Counted from the stretch's first letter, positions 49,501 to 59,185 are shown. The stretch is 64,000 bases of DNA from Podarcis cretensis (GCA_951804945.1 OX638160.1:10044001-10108000), one strand, 5' to 3'. Notes: generated by a model not told the origin, from the letters alone. A program made the numbers and translations.

Positions 49501-50635
49501 CGCCAGAGGGATCAGGACTCTTCTCTTTGCCTTGATGATGTCCCTCCCTGCCTTGTTCAACATTGGCCTCCTGCTTTTCCTAGTCATGTTCATTTACGCC
49601 ATTTTTGGCATGGCCAACTTTGCCTACGTCAAAAAGGAGGCTGGGATTGATGACATGTTCAACTTTGAGACCTTTGCCAACAGCATGCTCTGCCTCTTCG
49701 AAATCACCACGTCTGCTGGCTGGGATGGACTCCTCAGCCCCATATTGAACACTGGGCCTCCATTCTGCGACCCGAACCTCGGCATGACGTCAACTTTCTC
49801 CAAGGGTGACTGTGGGAGCCCAGCTGTAGGCATCCTGTTCTTTGTTACTTACATAATTATATCCTTTCTCATAGTTGTAAATATGTACATTGCAGTTATT
49901 CTGGAGAACTTCAACGTTGCCACAGAAGAGAGCACTGAACCTTTAGGTGACGATGACTTTGAAATGTTTTATGAGGTGTGGGAGAAGTTTGACCCTAAAG
50001 CTACCCAGTTTATTTCATTCTCCGAACTTTCTAACTTCGCTCATGCGCTGGCAGAGCCCTTGCGCATACAGAAGCCAAACGTGCTTGAGCTCATGGCCAT
50101 GGATCTTCCCATGGTAACTGGGGATAGGATCCACTGCTTGGACATCCTCTTTGCTTTCACCAAAAGGGTTCTTGGAGACTCGGGAGAGATGGACACCCTT
50201 AAGCAACAAATGGAGGAGAAATTCATGGCAGCAAACCCGTCCAAGGCTTCTTACGAACCAATCACCACCACGCTCAGGTGGAAATACGAGGAGGCGTCTG
50301 CTGCTGTTATACAGAAGGCCTTCCGGAGTCATTTGCTCCAGCGTTCCATGAAGCAGGCCTCTTTCTTACACCGACACAAAACCAGCGATGGAGATATCCT
50401 TGACGAAGATGCTCCGGAACAAGAAGGTCTCCTTGCACAGCTAATGAATGAAAACTATATCACAGACACAGACAAGTCCCACACAACATCCTTGGAATCT
50501 ATTCCTCCATCCTACCGCAGTGTTACTGGAGAACTTGATGATGCTTTTGAGGGGGAAGCAGCAGTGTCTCCTGAAAACGACAAAGCTAGAGATGGCCAGC
50601 TGTTTACAGGCAAAGGCAAGAGGTCTAACGTGTAG
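9903..50635 (+). CDS. SCN10A: Voltage-gated sodium channel alpha subunit Nav1.8; 27 coding exons, 6090 nt, 2029 aa
   Basis: Exons join in frame. DEKA filter present (QDYWE, CGEWIE, FKGWME, SAGWDG), plus four S4 segments, IFM gate, IQ and PY motifs. Nav1.8-type residues: [44 protein letters not shown]. Nav family is certain; paralogue call is by recalled motifs. Confidence 0.88.
10867..10985 (+). CDS. SCN10A: Coding exon 2 (TFMVLNKGK...LVHS), 119 nt
   Basis: cag acceptor; followed by U12 donor ATATCCTTT. Confidence 0.95.
10986..11940 (+). other. U12-type (minor spliceosome) AT-AC intron
   Basis: 5' ATATCCTTT; branch point TTCCTTAAC 11919-11927; terminal AC 11939-11940. Conserved position in vertebrate SCN genes. 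Confidence 0.95.
11365..11443. repeat. (GT)n and (GTT)n microsatellites
   Basis: Direct reading. Confidence 0.9.
11941..12048 (+). CDS. SCN10A: Coding exon 3 (DI S1), 108 nt
   Basis: [18 protein letters not shown]...KYVE; donor gtaagt. Not shown in the ORF track. Confidence 0.93.
12748..12876 (+). CDS. SCN10A: Coding exon 4 (DI S2-S3), 129 nt
   Basis: [10 protein letters not shown]...[17 protein letters not shown]; ag/gt boundaries. Confidence 0.95.
14237..14882. mobile_element. Tc1/mariner-type non-autonomous element with GC-rich interior
   Basis: TIR ccgtatttttcgccccataggacgcac and its reverse complement; TA TSDs. Confidence 0.9.
15682..15925. mobile_element. Tigger/pogo-like MITE
   Basis: ta|cagtggtaccttggttt ... 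aaaccaaggtaaccgcag|ta (degenerate TIR). Confidence 0.8.
16270..16340 (+). mobile_element. CR1-type 3' tail fragment
   Basis: gcagggggttggactagatgacc...ttccaac...tgattcta. Confidence 0.7.
16760..17008 (-). mobile_element. L2-like LINE 3' end with (AAT)n tail
   Basis: Reverse-complement match to the 43255-43543 copy. Confidence 0.7.
17092..17183 (+). CDS. SCN10A: Coding exon 5 (DI S3-S4), 92 nt
   Basis: [31 protein letters not shown]; tacag/gtatga. Confidence 0.93.
17972..18213. mobile_element. Tigger/pogo-like MITE
   Basis: TIR cagtggtacctcgggtta; TA TSDs; sister copy at 23090. Confidence 0.9.
18579..19515 (+). mobile_element. 5'-truncated L1-clade LINE (ORF2 C-terminus, 3' UTR, A tail)
   Basis: ORF 18590-19234 has the CCHC knuckle CWKC...HLWWTC; TSD gaaaacttccaaatgca at 18562-18578 and 19516-19532. 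Confidence 0.93.
20141..20380 (+). CDS. SCN10A: Coding exon 6 (DI S5 and turret), 240 nt
   Basis: [18 protein letters not shown]...[14 protein letters not shown]; ag/gt boundaries. Confidence 0.95.
21809..22505 (-). mobile_element. L1-like non-LTR retroelement 3' fragment
   Basis: T-rich tail and UTR similar to the other L1 copies; 19-bp TSD aggaacagtgattagttta at 21790-21808 and 22506-22524. Confidence 0.82.
22640..22703 (+). CDS. SCN10A: Coding exon 7, 64 nt
   Basis: [21 protein letters not shown]; canonical size; ttgcag/gtaagt. Confidence 0.92.
23090..23314. mobile_element. Tigger/pogo-like MITE (same family as 17972)
   Basis: TIRs and TA TSDs; near-identical to 17972-18213. Confidence 0.9.
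23387..23528 (+). CDS. SCN10A: Coding exon 8 (DI P-loop), 142 nt
   Basis: [46 protein letters not shown]. Confidence 0.96.
23850..24090 (+). mobile_element. CR1 LINE 3' fragment
   Basis: ggagatatgatagcc...aggaagaactttccgacagtaagagctgtt...gtggactctccttccttgg. Confidence 0.75.
24325..24522 (+). CDS. SCN10A: Coding exon 9 (DI S6), 198 nt
   Basis: [10 protein letters not shown]...[22 protein letters not shown]...KKEQE. Confidence 0.95.
25074..25253 (+). CDS. SCN10A: Coding exon 10 (loop L1), 180 nt
   Basis: Pyrimidine tract plus tag; open frame [19 protein letters not shown]...YRKP; donor gtagtt. Confidence 0.85.
25275..25723 (-). mobile_element. BovB (RTE) LINE 3' fragment
   Basis: (CAA)n tail on the minus strand; homologous to the other two copies. 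Confidence 0.9.
26509..26910 (+). CDS. SCN10A: Coding exon 11 (loop L1), 402 nt
   Basis: [30 protein letters not shown] motifs; ctgcag/gtgagt. Confidence 0.88.
27144..27553 (-). mobile_element. BovB (RTE) LINE 3' fragment
   Basis: Minus [13 protein letters not shown]...LEKTLMLGK...[10 protein letters not shown]. Confidence 0.93.
27554..27587. repeat. (TA)n microsatellite
   Basis: Direct reading. Confidence 0.9.
28272..28398 (+). CDS. SCN10A: Coding exon 12 (loop L1), 127 nt
   Basis: [17 protein letters not shown]; acag/gtatgt. Confidence 0.9.
29112..29557 (-). mobile_element. Probable solo LTR
   Basis: TGTTAGGA...TTCTAACA inverted termini; near-TSD gggat/gagat; AATAAA on the minus strand near 29333. 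Confidence 0.7.
29744..29982 (+). CDS. SCN10A: Coding exon 13 (DII S1), 239 nt
   Basis: [10 protein letters not shown]...[25 protein letters not shown]. Confidence 0.95.
30165..30690 (-). mobile_element. Decayed L1-clade reverse transcriptase fragment interrupted by a MITE
   Basis: Minus-strand [11 protein letters not shown], then [10 protein letters not shown]...IKYLG, lying on either side of the MITE. Confidence 0.7.
30318..30570. mobile_element. Tigger/pogo-like MITE
   Basis: cagtggtgccccgcaagac...gtcttgcgaggcaccactg; TA TSDs. Confidence 0.9.
31129..31338 (+). CDS. SCN10A: Coding exon 14 (DII S2-S4), 210 nt
   Basis: [10 protein letters not shown]...VLRTLRL; tgcag/gtaatc; 36 nt longer than the usual 174 nt. 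Confidence 0.93.
31976..32329 (+). CDS. SCN10A: Coding exon 15 (DII S4-S6), 354 nt
   Basis: [14 protein letters not shown]...[11 protein letters not shown]...CGEWIETMW...VMVIGNLV. Confidence 0.96.
32662..33010 (+). mobile_element. Sauria SINE
   Basis: Colinear with 6250-6604. Confidence 0.9.
33673..34122 (+). CDS. SCN10A: Coding exon 16 (DII S6 end, loop L2), 450 nt
   Basis: [14 protein letters not shown]; ankyrin-G-type motif VPIAAPESD; donor gtaagg. Confidence 0.93.
34240..34985. promoter_or_regulatory. Candidate intronic cardiac enhancer/promoter
   Basis: Clustered T-box, GATA, NKX2-5, CCAAT and GC-box motifs in a TE-free intron. Confidence 0.45.
35308..35442 (+). CDS. SCN10A: Coding exon 17 (loop L2), 135 nt (132 nt via the alternative CAG)
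   Basis: CAGCAG tandem acceptor; QENQLRL...[14 protein letters not shown]; donor gtaaaa; phase 0/0 fits both neighbours. Confidence 0.82.
35672..35732. repeat. Compound (TGGT)n(TAGT)n microsatellite
   Basis: Direct reading. Confidence 0.9.
36289..36409 (+). CDS. SCN10A: Coding exon 18, 121 nt
   Basis: SCSEGSTVD...[10 protein letters not shown]...CFPE. Confidence 0.93.
36641..37004 (-). mobile_element. Sauria SINE
   Basis: (AAAGGT)n tail; TSD tacaagggtt at 36630-36639 and 37006-37015. Confidence 0.92.
37064..37218 (+). CDS. SCN10A: Coding exon 19 (DIII S1), 155 nt
   Basis: [32 protein letters not shown]. Confidence 0.96.
37794..38907. mobile_element. hAT-like non-autonomous DNA transposon
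   Basis: TIR tagggttgcc/ggcaacccta; near-TSD ttgtatg/ttgtata; right end shared with 21600-21657 and 51530-51824. Confidence 0.75.
39026..39165 (-). mobile_element. tRNA-Lys(CTT)-derived SINE with CR1 3' tail
   Basis: Minus strand AGCTCAGTCGGTAGAGCATGAGCCTCTTAATC...GGTTCGAGCCC fused directly to a CR1 tail. Confidence 0.85.
39635..39808 (+). CDS. SCN10A: Coding exon 20 (DIII S2-S3), 174 nt
   Basis: AFEDIHL...[12 protein letters not shown]...[10 protein letters not shown]. Confidence 0.96.
40071..40193 (+). CDS. SCN10A: Coding exon 21 (DIII S4), 123 nt
   Basis: [23 protein letters not shown]. Confidence 0.96.
41567..41851 (+). CDS. SCN10A: Coding exon 22 (DIII S5 and turret), 285 nt
   Basis: [16 protein letters not shown]...[16 protein letters not shown]. 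Confidence 0.96.
41939..42296 (-). mobile_element. Sauria SINE, second subfamily, young
   Basis: 16-bp TSD cgctgttgcctttagt at 41923-41938 and 42299-42314; CpGs largely intact. Confidence 0.92.
43060..43113 (+). CDS. SCN10A: Coding exon 23 (DIII P-loop), 54 nt
   Basis: [18 protein letters not shown]; ctag/gtaagt. Confidence 0.95.
43255..43543 (+). mobile_element. L2-like LINE 3' end with (ATT)n tail
   Basis: agggccttcttggtagtgg...tggaacgccctccc...gaagacatctgaaggcagcc. Confidence 0.7.
45327..45464 (+). CDS. SCN10A: Coding exon 24 (DIII S6), 138 nt
   Basis: [35 protein letters not shown]. Confidence 0.96.
45954..46452 (-). mobile_element. BovB (RTE) LINE 3' fragment
   Basis: [40 protein letters not shown]...[10 protein letters not shown]. 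Confidence 0.95.
46892..46996 (+). CDS. SCN10A: Coding exon 25 (inactivation gate), 105 nt
   Basis: [35 protein letters not shown]. Confidence 0.96.
47583..48017. mobile_element. Probable solo LTR (435 bp)
   Basis: TG...CA termini; exact 5-bp TSD ctatg at 47578-47582 and 48018-48022. Confidence 0.8.
48071..48341 (+). CDS. SCN10A: Coding exon 26 (DIV S1-S3), 271 nt
   Basis: NKYQGFLFD...[12 protein letters not shown]...[15 protein letters not shown]. Confidence 0.96.
48442..48912. mobile_element. Tc1/mariner-type non-autonomous element
   Basis: ctgtatttttcgctctataacac...gtgttatagagagaaaaatacgg; TA TSDs. Confidence 0.85.
49404..50635 (+). CDS. SCN10A: Coding exon 27 (DIV S4-S6 and C-terminus)
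   Basis: [22 protein letters not shown] motif VIQKAFR, PY motif PPSY at 50504-50515; stop TAG. Confidence 0.97.
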
Positions 50636-51529
50636 ATGCTGGTCAAGCACACCTTTAAACAGACACAGTGCCACTCAGACACCAAGCAATGGTTCTCTTA
50701 TTGCGGAATCCAAGAAGACTCCACCCCTCAGATTATGAACACCTGCCTTTTTTTTTTTTTACCATACTACCTTTAGCACTGCTCATTTTTTTCTAGCTGC
50801 ATGAAAAGGGAAGGATCTGTGAAAAGCTATCATAATCTTTATGTTAGAATCATCTCTCGGACATGGGTATCATTGCTGTGATGACTGTGATTCTTTCCTT
50901 ACTGCACCGAAGTGAGCTTAAGCCCACGGAGAATATAACTTGCTGGCCCCTATGGGACCAGAGTACGGCTCTTTCTGGTCTGGAAATAGAGGACTCCTTT
51001 GATGCACCAGCCAAGAAGTTTGGCAAGCGTTTACCTTTCCTCCGTGTTGGTGGTCCACACAGGTTCTTATTGTTTCAGATTTTTAATTTGGTGGGGAGTC
51101 TTCTATACATCTCATGGAACCTGGGGGTGCAAGCGAGGGCAGGGAGTGCTCATTGCCAGCAGGAAGCACGAGAAATGCACTTACCCATGCATTCTGGGTC
51201 AGTGGATTGAGCCAGAGGAAATTAAGAACTGCATTCTTCCTGTCTGCAGTGGAAGAGCATCCAGACTTTAAGGCTGAGCCCTCTGCTGCCAGAAGACTTC
51301 CTTCCCGTCCAATTAAGTCTGGAAAGTGGGATTCTTTGGGGGGGGGTGGAGTTGGGGCCTGGAAGGCCTTTAGGCCCCACCCTGCTGCTGATTGGGCTGC
51401 AGCTGTGTGCAGTGGGTCTGAGTTTAAATTGTTTGATTCAAGCCCAGTCCCCAATGGATCCCAGTTATCCTAATTTGAGGTAGGCCTGTTCTAAATTGAG
51501 GCAGAAGGGTAGGGAGCTACTTGCTCATC

Positions 51530-51824
51530 TAGGGTTGCTGTACGTCCCAAATTTCCCAGACATAGCTGAAATATAGCAGCCGGTATCAGTGTCCGGGTGG
51601 AAATCACTAAAATGTCTAGGGAAATGTTGGAAGTCTACATTTTGGCGAATCTCCTTAAAAATAGCTCAAAAACTTGATTATTTCTTCTTCCTTTTCCTTT
51701 TCCTTTTTTTTTTTTTTTTTTTTTTTGATTTTGCAAAAGCAGCTCAAGAACTTTTGGGCAAAACTTTAAAAAGCTCAACAACTTTTGTGTCCGGATTTTC
51801 ACTTTTTGAAACATGGCAGCCCTA
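51530..51824. mobile_element. hAT-like MITE
   Basis: tagggttgc...gcagcccta termini; 7-bp TSD gctcatc. Confidence 0.8.
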
Positions 51825-52174
51825 GCTCATCACTTACCTACAGGCAGAAAGAATGCTTATACAAAGTCATAACTCAATTGCTCATCTGGAAACAACACAT
51901 GAAAGCAGAAACAACTGGATAGAAAGCTGTTCTATTCACCACTGTTATTCTTTATGTAACATATTTCATGTACATGGCACTTTGCAGAATAACAGGCATA
52001 AAACCACTGGTTGCTGCCCAAACTGGAACTTAACACTTTCGACCTCCCTGTCTGACCAATATAGCCGCTGCATGTTTTGTTGATAGAGCATCTTCTGGAA
52101 TATGATAAACATATCAAGAATCACCATGATGTGTATATATTATTGTAGCCATGTTGCTGCCATTGTTATAATAC

Positions 52175-52180
52175 AATAAA
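52175..52180 (+). terminator. Candidate polyadenylation signal of SCN10A
   Basis: First AATAAA I find after the stop codon; implies a 3' UTR of about 1.55 kb. Confidence 0.45.
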
Positions 52181-52320
52181 CAGACCAAGAAGCAATCCAG
52201 AAATATGGATGAAATGAGGAAAGAGCATGGGTTATGTTTACAGCACTGATGGGTTTATGCATATTTCCCTGGGGAAGGAATTCCAAAGATGTGGAGTCAC
52301 CACTAAAAAGCCCCATCTCT

Positions 52321-53541
52321 TTCTTTTTAAAAATAATATTTATTAAAATTTTAAAGGTTACAGAAAGAAAAAGTAAAAATACCACATTAAACAAAAACAA
52401 AACAACACATCACAATATAAAAAATGGAGAAATAAAACCCATTAAACAAAAACAAAAACGCAAAGAAAAATACATCAGATCTCCTCATTACTAATCTTTC
52501 ATTAGCTTATTTCCTTGACCTCCTCACACCTCCCTTTTTTGTATTCTAGATCAGTTATCCATTTCAGCAAATCCTTTCCCTCTTTTAAGATTTTTGTCCT
52601 GTAAATTGTCTTAATATAATGTAACTTTACTTTTCCTCCTTTCACCAGTTAACAGTCAGTTATTCCCAAATCCTTTATATCATTCCTGCTAAAATCATAT
52701 AATATTATTCCAACATCCTTCTAACAGTTATTAATTTTACAATGTTTCTGTAAATAGTCTTTAAGTTTCCTCCAATCTTCCTCCACCGACTCTTCTCCCT
52801 GGTCTCAGATTCTGCTAGTCATTTCCGCCAGTTCCATGTAGTCCATCACCTTCATCTGCCATTCTTCCCGGGTGGGTAAATCTTGTGTCTTCCAGTACTT
52901 TGCAATAAGTATTCTTGCTGCTGTTGTAGCATACATAAAGTTCTGTCCTTCTTTGGCACCAATTGGCCGACCATGCCCAGGAGAAAGGCCTCTGGTTTCT
53001 TCAGAAAGGTATATTTAAATACCTTTTTCATTTCATTATAGATCATCTCCCAGAAGGTCTTAATCTTTGGGCATGTCCACCAGAGGTGAAAGAATGTACC
53101 TTCAGTCTCTTTACATTTCCAACATTTATTATCGGGCAGATGATAGATTTTTGCAAGCTTGACTGGTGTCATGTACCACCTGTATATCATTTTCATTATA
53201 TTCTCTCTTAAGGCATTACATGCCGTGAACTTGATACCTGTGGTCCATAACTGTTCCCAGTCAGCCATCATAATATTATGTCCAACATCTTGTGCCCATT
53301 TAATCATAACAGATTTCACCGTTTCATCCTGAGTATTCCATTTCAACAGCAAGTTATACATTCTTGACAAGTTCTTAATTTTAGGATCTAGCAGTTCTAT
53401 TTCCAATTTTGATTTTTCCACCTGGAAGCCATTTTTTTTGTCCAAATTATATGCCTCCATTATCTGGTAATAGTGAAGCACTCTATTTTTGCACTCTATT
53501 TTTTAATTTTTCACAACTCTGCAATTTTAGTCTGTCTCCCT
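52321..53541 (-). mobile_element. 5'-truncated L1-clade LINE
   Basis: Minus ORF 52852-53481 nearly matches 18590-19234; TSD taaaaagccccatctct at 52304-52320 and 53542-53558. Confidence 0.93.
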
Positions 53542-55209
53542 TAAAAAGCCCCATCTCTGGTTGCTGCCCATCAAAGATATTGTATTGGTGGTCTAGAAAA
53601 CAGGGTCTCCGAAAGTCCATTTTACAACCCAGGCAGGTTCATAGGGATGCAGCTGCTCCTTAAGATGACCTGCTCTCAAATTGTTTAGGGTGCTAAAGGT
53701 GAAAATGAATACCTAAAGGAAAAGGGCAACCTTAGACTGCTTGTAATGTGTGAAATGGCCCTTAGTCAGAGTTGCAAGATTTAAGGAACAAGGAGGATGC
53801 TTTGAACCAGGGAATTAAGGTGGCAATTCTCTTCTGTTTAATTTGCCTGGGCAATTTTTCTAGCCACGATTTCCAAGAAGCTGCTGGAGAGATGACTCTT
53901 CGCAAAGTCTGATGATGTAACAGTAATTTAATCCTAATTGTACCAACCCCAAATATATCAAGGGCTGATATACAGACGATCTATTGCTTTAGCAGACTCT
54001 GGGGAGGAGAACGCCAAGGATGCTTTCCACAAATCACTTACGCTGTAGACGTCGTATGGGATTTAATAGGGCTACTCCAGAATAAATGCAGGTGGCTGTG
54101 CCCACTCTTACCCTAGAGACCCCTGTTCAAGGTAGACTTTGCCGTTGCAATTCTCAAAGCTTTTATACATTAAAGAGCTGATCACTGCTTTGAGTCAGCA
54201 GTTGCAAATGGCTTCAACGTAGCCGAATCTGTTCTTGTTGCGTGCTTAGCTTTCCGTGTTTTTACTGCGAATTGACTTGGAGAAGATCTAATTCCTTTTA
54301 AACCTGTAATCTTTTGGAATTGCTCAGAAGACTAACCTTTCCCTTACCACTCAGCCATTGCCGTACCAAGGCCTGATTCGCATGCACTTGCTTTGCACAT
54401 GGTTTCCAAATGTGCACAGTTGTATTTGTGCTGGTCTCTCTGTGCGCTGTTCCACAGGGGGAGCCTGTGGACCCAATGCTGCAACCTCATGCCCATTCAT
54501 TCTGCATGTGAAGGAGACCTGAGGGGAGGCCTTGCTGACACACACCCAAACGTTGAACTGACTCCATCTAAGTGTGCCGCAACGTGTTGTCTGGGGAGTG
54601 AAAACCCCCACCTCCCACTGCCACTGGTGCACTTGGGGGCAATGACACCCCCGGCTGGAGATACACGAGAAGCCTCTTGCGAGGGGCAATGCCCAACCTG
54701 ATAACATGGGCATGCATGGCTCCATCTCTATGGCAGCAGAGATGCAGCTACCAGCTGGGACGACAAGGATTTCTCTCAATGGCTTGGAGGCCTTTGGCAT
54801 TTAGCTGTGGCTTGCAATGCTTTCCTTAAAGAAAGCAGGAAGGAGGTCAAGGTAGAGATGGCTCCTTCATCACACTCCACGTCTAGCAGCCGGATTGGAG
54901 CTGGAGGATGAGGACTAGAGTGGAAGCAGCACTTAAGAACATAAGAACAGCTTGCTGGATCAGGCCAATGACCCTTCCAGTGGCCAACCAGATGGTGCCT
55001 GTGGGAAACCAGCGAGCAGGATTTGAGCACAAGAGCATTCTCCCTTCCGGTGCTTTTTAGCAACCAGAACTCAGAAGCATTGCTGCTTCCAGCTCTATAG
55101 CTAGCCACAGGTAGCTCTCTCCTCTTTGAGTTTGTCTATTCTTCTTTTAAAGCCTCCTCGGTTGGTGGCTAGCATTGCCTACTGTTGTAGCGAGTTCCAC
55201 AGTTTAGCT

Positions 55210-55563
55210 AGGTAAAGGTAAAGGGACCCCTGACCATTAGGTCCAGTCGCGGCTGACTCTGGGGCTGCAGCACTCATCCCGCTTTATTGGCCGAGTAAGC
55301 CGGCGTACAGCTTCCGGGTCATGTGGCCAACATGACTAAGCCGCTTCTGGCAAACCAGAGCAGCGCATGGAAACACCATTTACCTTCCCGCCAGAGCGGT
55401 ACCTATTTATCTACTTGCACTTTGACATGCTTTTGAACTGCTAGGTTGCTAGGAGCAGGGACCAAGCAACAGGAGCTCACCCTGTCGTGGGGATTCGAAC
55501 CGCCGACCTTCTGATCGGCAAGTCCTAGGCTCTGTGGTTTAACCCACAATGCCAGCCGTGTCC
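55210..55563 (-). mobile_element. Sauria SINE
   Basis: Reverse complement of the 6250-type element. Confidence 0.9.
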
Positions 55564-56619
55564 AATAAATCTTGAATCTTCCAATATTTTGCTTTCATCT
55601 CTCCTCTGTGGGGAAGAAGACCCCTCCCTGCCTGTAAAACGTTGGTGGAGCTAGCCTAGCCTTGTAAATACGGAGGTATTACAAAGGTTGCACACCACCC
55701 CCAACCTCTGCTGATCAGTAGCGAGATTCCAGGGGTGTTTCAGTTGGGGATGCAGGCACATCAGAGAGTGTAGTGTTTTAAGATGTATGGTTTATTTTAC
55801 AACTATATACACGTGGATCTAGGTGGAGGAAGAAAGTTCACAGCGTTACATCCCAAGGGGGGCTTGTTCCCCAAAGCAGTGCAGCACTGGAGTCCAAGAT
55901 CCTGCACACCATGTCCGTGCCTCTGTCCCAGCCTGCCAAGATGGTTCTGCCCCACATGGCCTCTGCCTCCAATTCTGGCACCTCCTTTTTCCTCCCCAAG
56001 AACATTTGCTAGGGGATGCATTTTTCCTGTAGGACACCATGCCCCCCGGTAACCTTGGCAACCCTATTTTGCACAGATCCATGGATTTTTCTTTGATGTG
56101 TCACCATCGTTTTGTAATGGCTTGTACTCAACTAGCCCAGACAGGCCAGCTGGCATAGGCTAAACGCAGGAATTCCCATGCTGCAGCCTGCATTTTCCCT
56201 TCAGTATCCCAAATATGATCTAAATTTTACCATTTTACTGATTTTCTAATGTTCACTGACTCTAGCAGTTATGGGTGCCTTTGCACCCCTAAACAATGTT
56301 GTCAAGATCCTGTCTGACTCTGGCCCTGGAGGGAAGAGGCTTGGGGGCCTGTGGAGCTGAAGACTTGGAGGGCTGAGGAATCATGTGTCAGGGTTTCCTC
56401 AACTGTTTCCCCAAGAACAACTTCAACCCGCATATTGAGTCCATTCTGGATCCCCAGTTATCTTATCCCCCCTGCCCCAGGCCTTGGGAAAGAAGGCTGC
56501 AGTCGTCCCACCAGGTTGAATGGCCATATGCCATGGATGCCTAAGTTAAGATTCCTGCATGGCAAGGGGTTGGACTAGATGACCCTCGGGGTCCCTTCCA
56601 ACTCTATGATCCTATAAGA

Positions 56620-56757
56620 CAGGCATAGGCAAACTCCGGCCCTCCAGATGTTCTGAGACTACAGTTCCTATCATCCCTGACCACTGGTCCTGTTAGCTAG
56701 GGATGATGGGAATTGTAGTCTCAGAACATCTGGAGGGCCGGAGTTTGCCTATGCCTG
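56620..56757. mobile_element. Palindromic hAT MITE
   Basis: Long near-perfect inverted arms; 8-bp TSD ctataaga at 56612-56619 and 56758-56765. Confidence 0.93.
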
Positions 56758-57859
56758 CTATAAGATGTAGGGTTTACGGTAAAATCATTAGCAAAGGCGA
56801 GGGATCAGGCTTCTCTCATAACGAATGCCCGCATTTGAAACATTGTCCCAAAGACAAGGTATTTCTGCTGAAATTCTGAAAGCATGTGGTCACAACGAGC
56901 ATGCCATGCATTTTTGGCACAGTGTCCCAGAGATGGGAGCTGTAGTTCAGGAAGGTCCTCTGGAATAAGCTATAATGGGCAGTGGGGTGTAGTGGTTAAA
57001 GTCTCTTATGAGTCCTGGGGAGACCCAGGTTCAAGCTCACAAGGCAGCCCGTCTCCATAGGCCAGTCTAATCCAGCCTTCGCCACAACCCTCTCCAGTGG
57101 GGATAGGGCAGGACTGGGGACTCGAAGGAAGCCTGGGAGATAAATGGAAGAACGGAGCCATAGGGACTATATGTGTACAGAACACTTGAAAGAACTTGCA
57201 ATGAGTTCTGAGTTGAAACGATATAAATGTGGGGTGGGGGAGGAATCCATTATAAAGAAAAAACAAGGGAAGGAGTAATGTAATTGGAGCAAGTGCTCTC
57301 AGGTGCATAGGTCCCAGGGCTTCATTAGCCTTTGAAGCATCAAATGAAAAAATAAAGTTGGACTTAATGCCGCGAGTTACTAATTAAATGTCACTGTCCA
57401 CCAACCTACTCGCTGCAATATCCTCTTCGACCAGCAGAGGGTGGTGTTGCCTAAACTGTGAAGATTACGCAACGATCTTCTAGTCTTTTGCTGTTCAGCA
57501 AATATCTGGAAGGTTACCCAGAAAGTTCAGCTCTTTCTTTCTTTCCAAAGAATTCTGGGAGCTGTGGTTTGATAAGAGTGCCGAGGGTTGTTAGGAGACC
57601 CCTATTCCCTTCACAGAACTGTAAGAGCAAGAGTTCCAGCGCCTCTTTTTTTAAAAAAGAAAAAGAGCACTGGTTAAACCAGTCTGGGAATTGTAGCTCC
57701 AGAAGCTGCACAAAGAGGTCTTCCGTCAGCTCCCATCACCTTTAGCAAAGCACAGCTCCCAGAATTCTCTGTGAGAAGCCATGACTGTTTAAAGTGGTTG
57801 TCACAGTGCATGAATGTGGCCTGGTTCAGGTCAGGTCTTCATCCTGCAAGGACTACATA

Positions 57860-58190
57860 CAGGGGTGGGCAACCTAAGGCCCGGGCGGGCTGGATATGGC
57901 CCAATCACCTTCCCAATCCAGCCCATGGACAGTCCGGGAATCAGCATGTTTTTACATGAGTAGAATATGTCCTTTTATTTAAAATGCATCTCTGGGTCAT
58001 TTGTGGGGCCTGCCTGCCTGGTGTTTTTACATGAGTAGATTGTGTGGTTTTATTTAAAATGCATCTCTGGGTTATTTGTGGGGCATAGGAATTCATTCGC
58101 ATATTTTTTTCCAAAATATAGTCCGGCCCCCTGGTTCAGGTCTGAGGGATGGTGGACCGGCCCACGGCTGAAAGAGGTTGCTGACCCCTG
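57860..58190. mobile_element. hAT (Charlie-like) MITE
   Basis: caggggtgggcaacct...aggttgctgacccctg; imperfect TSD; internal duplication. Confidence 0.78.
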
Positions 58191-58706
58191 GACTACAATA
58201 ACTGAGCACATGACGGTTCTGTGCCAATCCCAAAATTCGGCACATGCACAGAGTACGTGGCGGCACTGATCCGCCGCACTTGCCAGTGGTGTGCCCCGTG
58301 CTCTGCAATCTCATGATGAGAGTCTAGGGATTAATCTGCTGGGTTTTAATTAACTGAATAAAGCTTAAGTAAATTTCCTCAAAACTCCGCAGAGGTGCCT
58401 TGAAGGAAGAATGTGCTTTCTTTTGTCAGTATCAAAACCACTGAAAGCAATGACTTGGGAAGGGGGGGTCACCTTTATTTTCCTCATCACTTTTAATTTT
58501 ATTGCATGGCTTTTCTCTACAAAGTGCGCTCCGAGCGGGGTGCAACGGAAATATTACCCAGGACTGTTAAGTCACCCAGAGCTTTCTGCGTGCTTACTCA
58601 GCAGAGTGTCCTGCTGAGTTCAATGGCGCTTACTCCCAGGTAAGCGCTTGTGGTCTGCAGTCTAACACAGGATCCTAGAATTGTAGAGTTGGAAGGCTCC
58701 CAAGGG

Positions 58707-59185
58707 CAGTGTCGGATTTACGTATAAGCTAAACAAGCTATAGCTTAGGGCCCCACTCTCTTGCCCCCCCCCCAAAAAAAACCTAAAGGAAAAAAATATG
58801 GATGTACATTTCCAAAATATAAGATAAAAAACAAATAAAATAAAACCTACATACAGCAACAGTGTTTGTATTGTGTTGTGGGCCCCCAATCATTTTAAGT
58901 TAGAGCTTAATAATTATTTCACTATTAAGATACTTCTTCTTAATTGTATTTCACTGTTAATATACTTCTTCTTAACTGTATTTCAGTTCAACAATTACTT
59001 TGATAAAATACATATGTTGTTATGTGCAAATGGCTTGAGATACCCATTAGGTCCATAAATTACCATATAGCATATATTCAACACACAAAAAACCCGCGAC
59101 AATTTGTTGTTGACAAAGGACAGCTGGACATCTAAAGTAGCATCTTCAGTAGCTTAGGGCCTCATCAAACCTAAATCCGGCCCTG
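58707..59185. mobile_element. hAT-like element inserted in a CR1-type tail
   Basis: TIR cagtgtcggattta/taaatccggccctg; the CR1 tail (minus) resumes on both sides. Confidence 0.72.

Noticed and set aside
9903-50635. Assignment as SCN5A or SCN11A, or as a pseudogene
   Set aside because: No frameshifts or internal stops in the reconstruction; Nav1.8-type residues and a single DI S3-S4 exon favour SCN10A, though a tree is still needed
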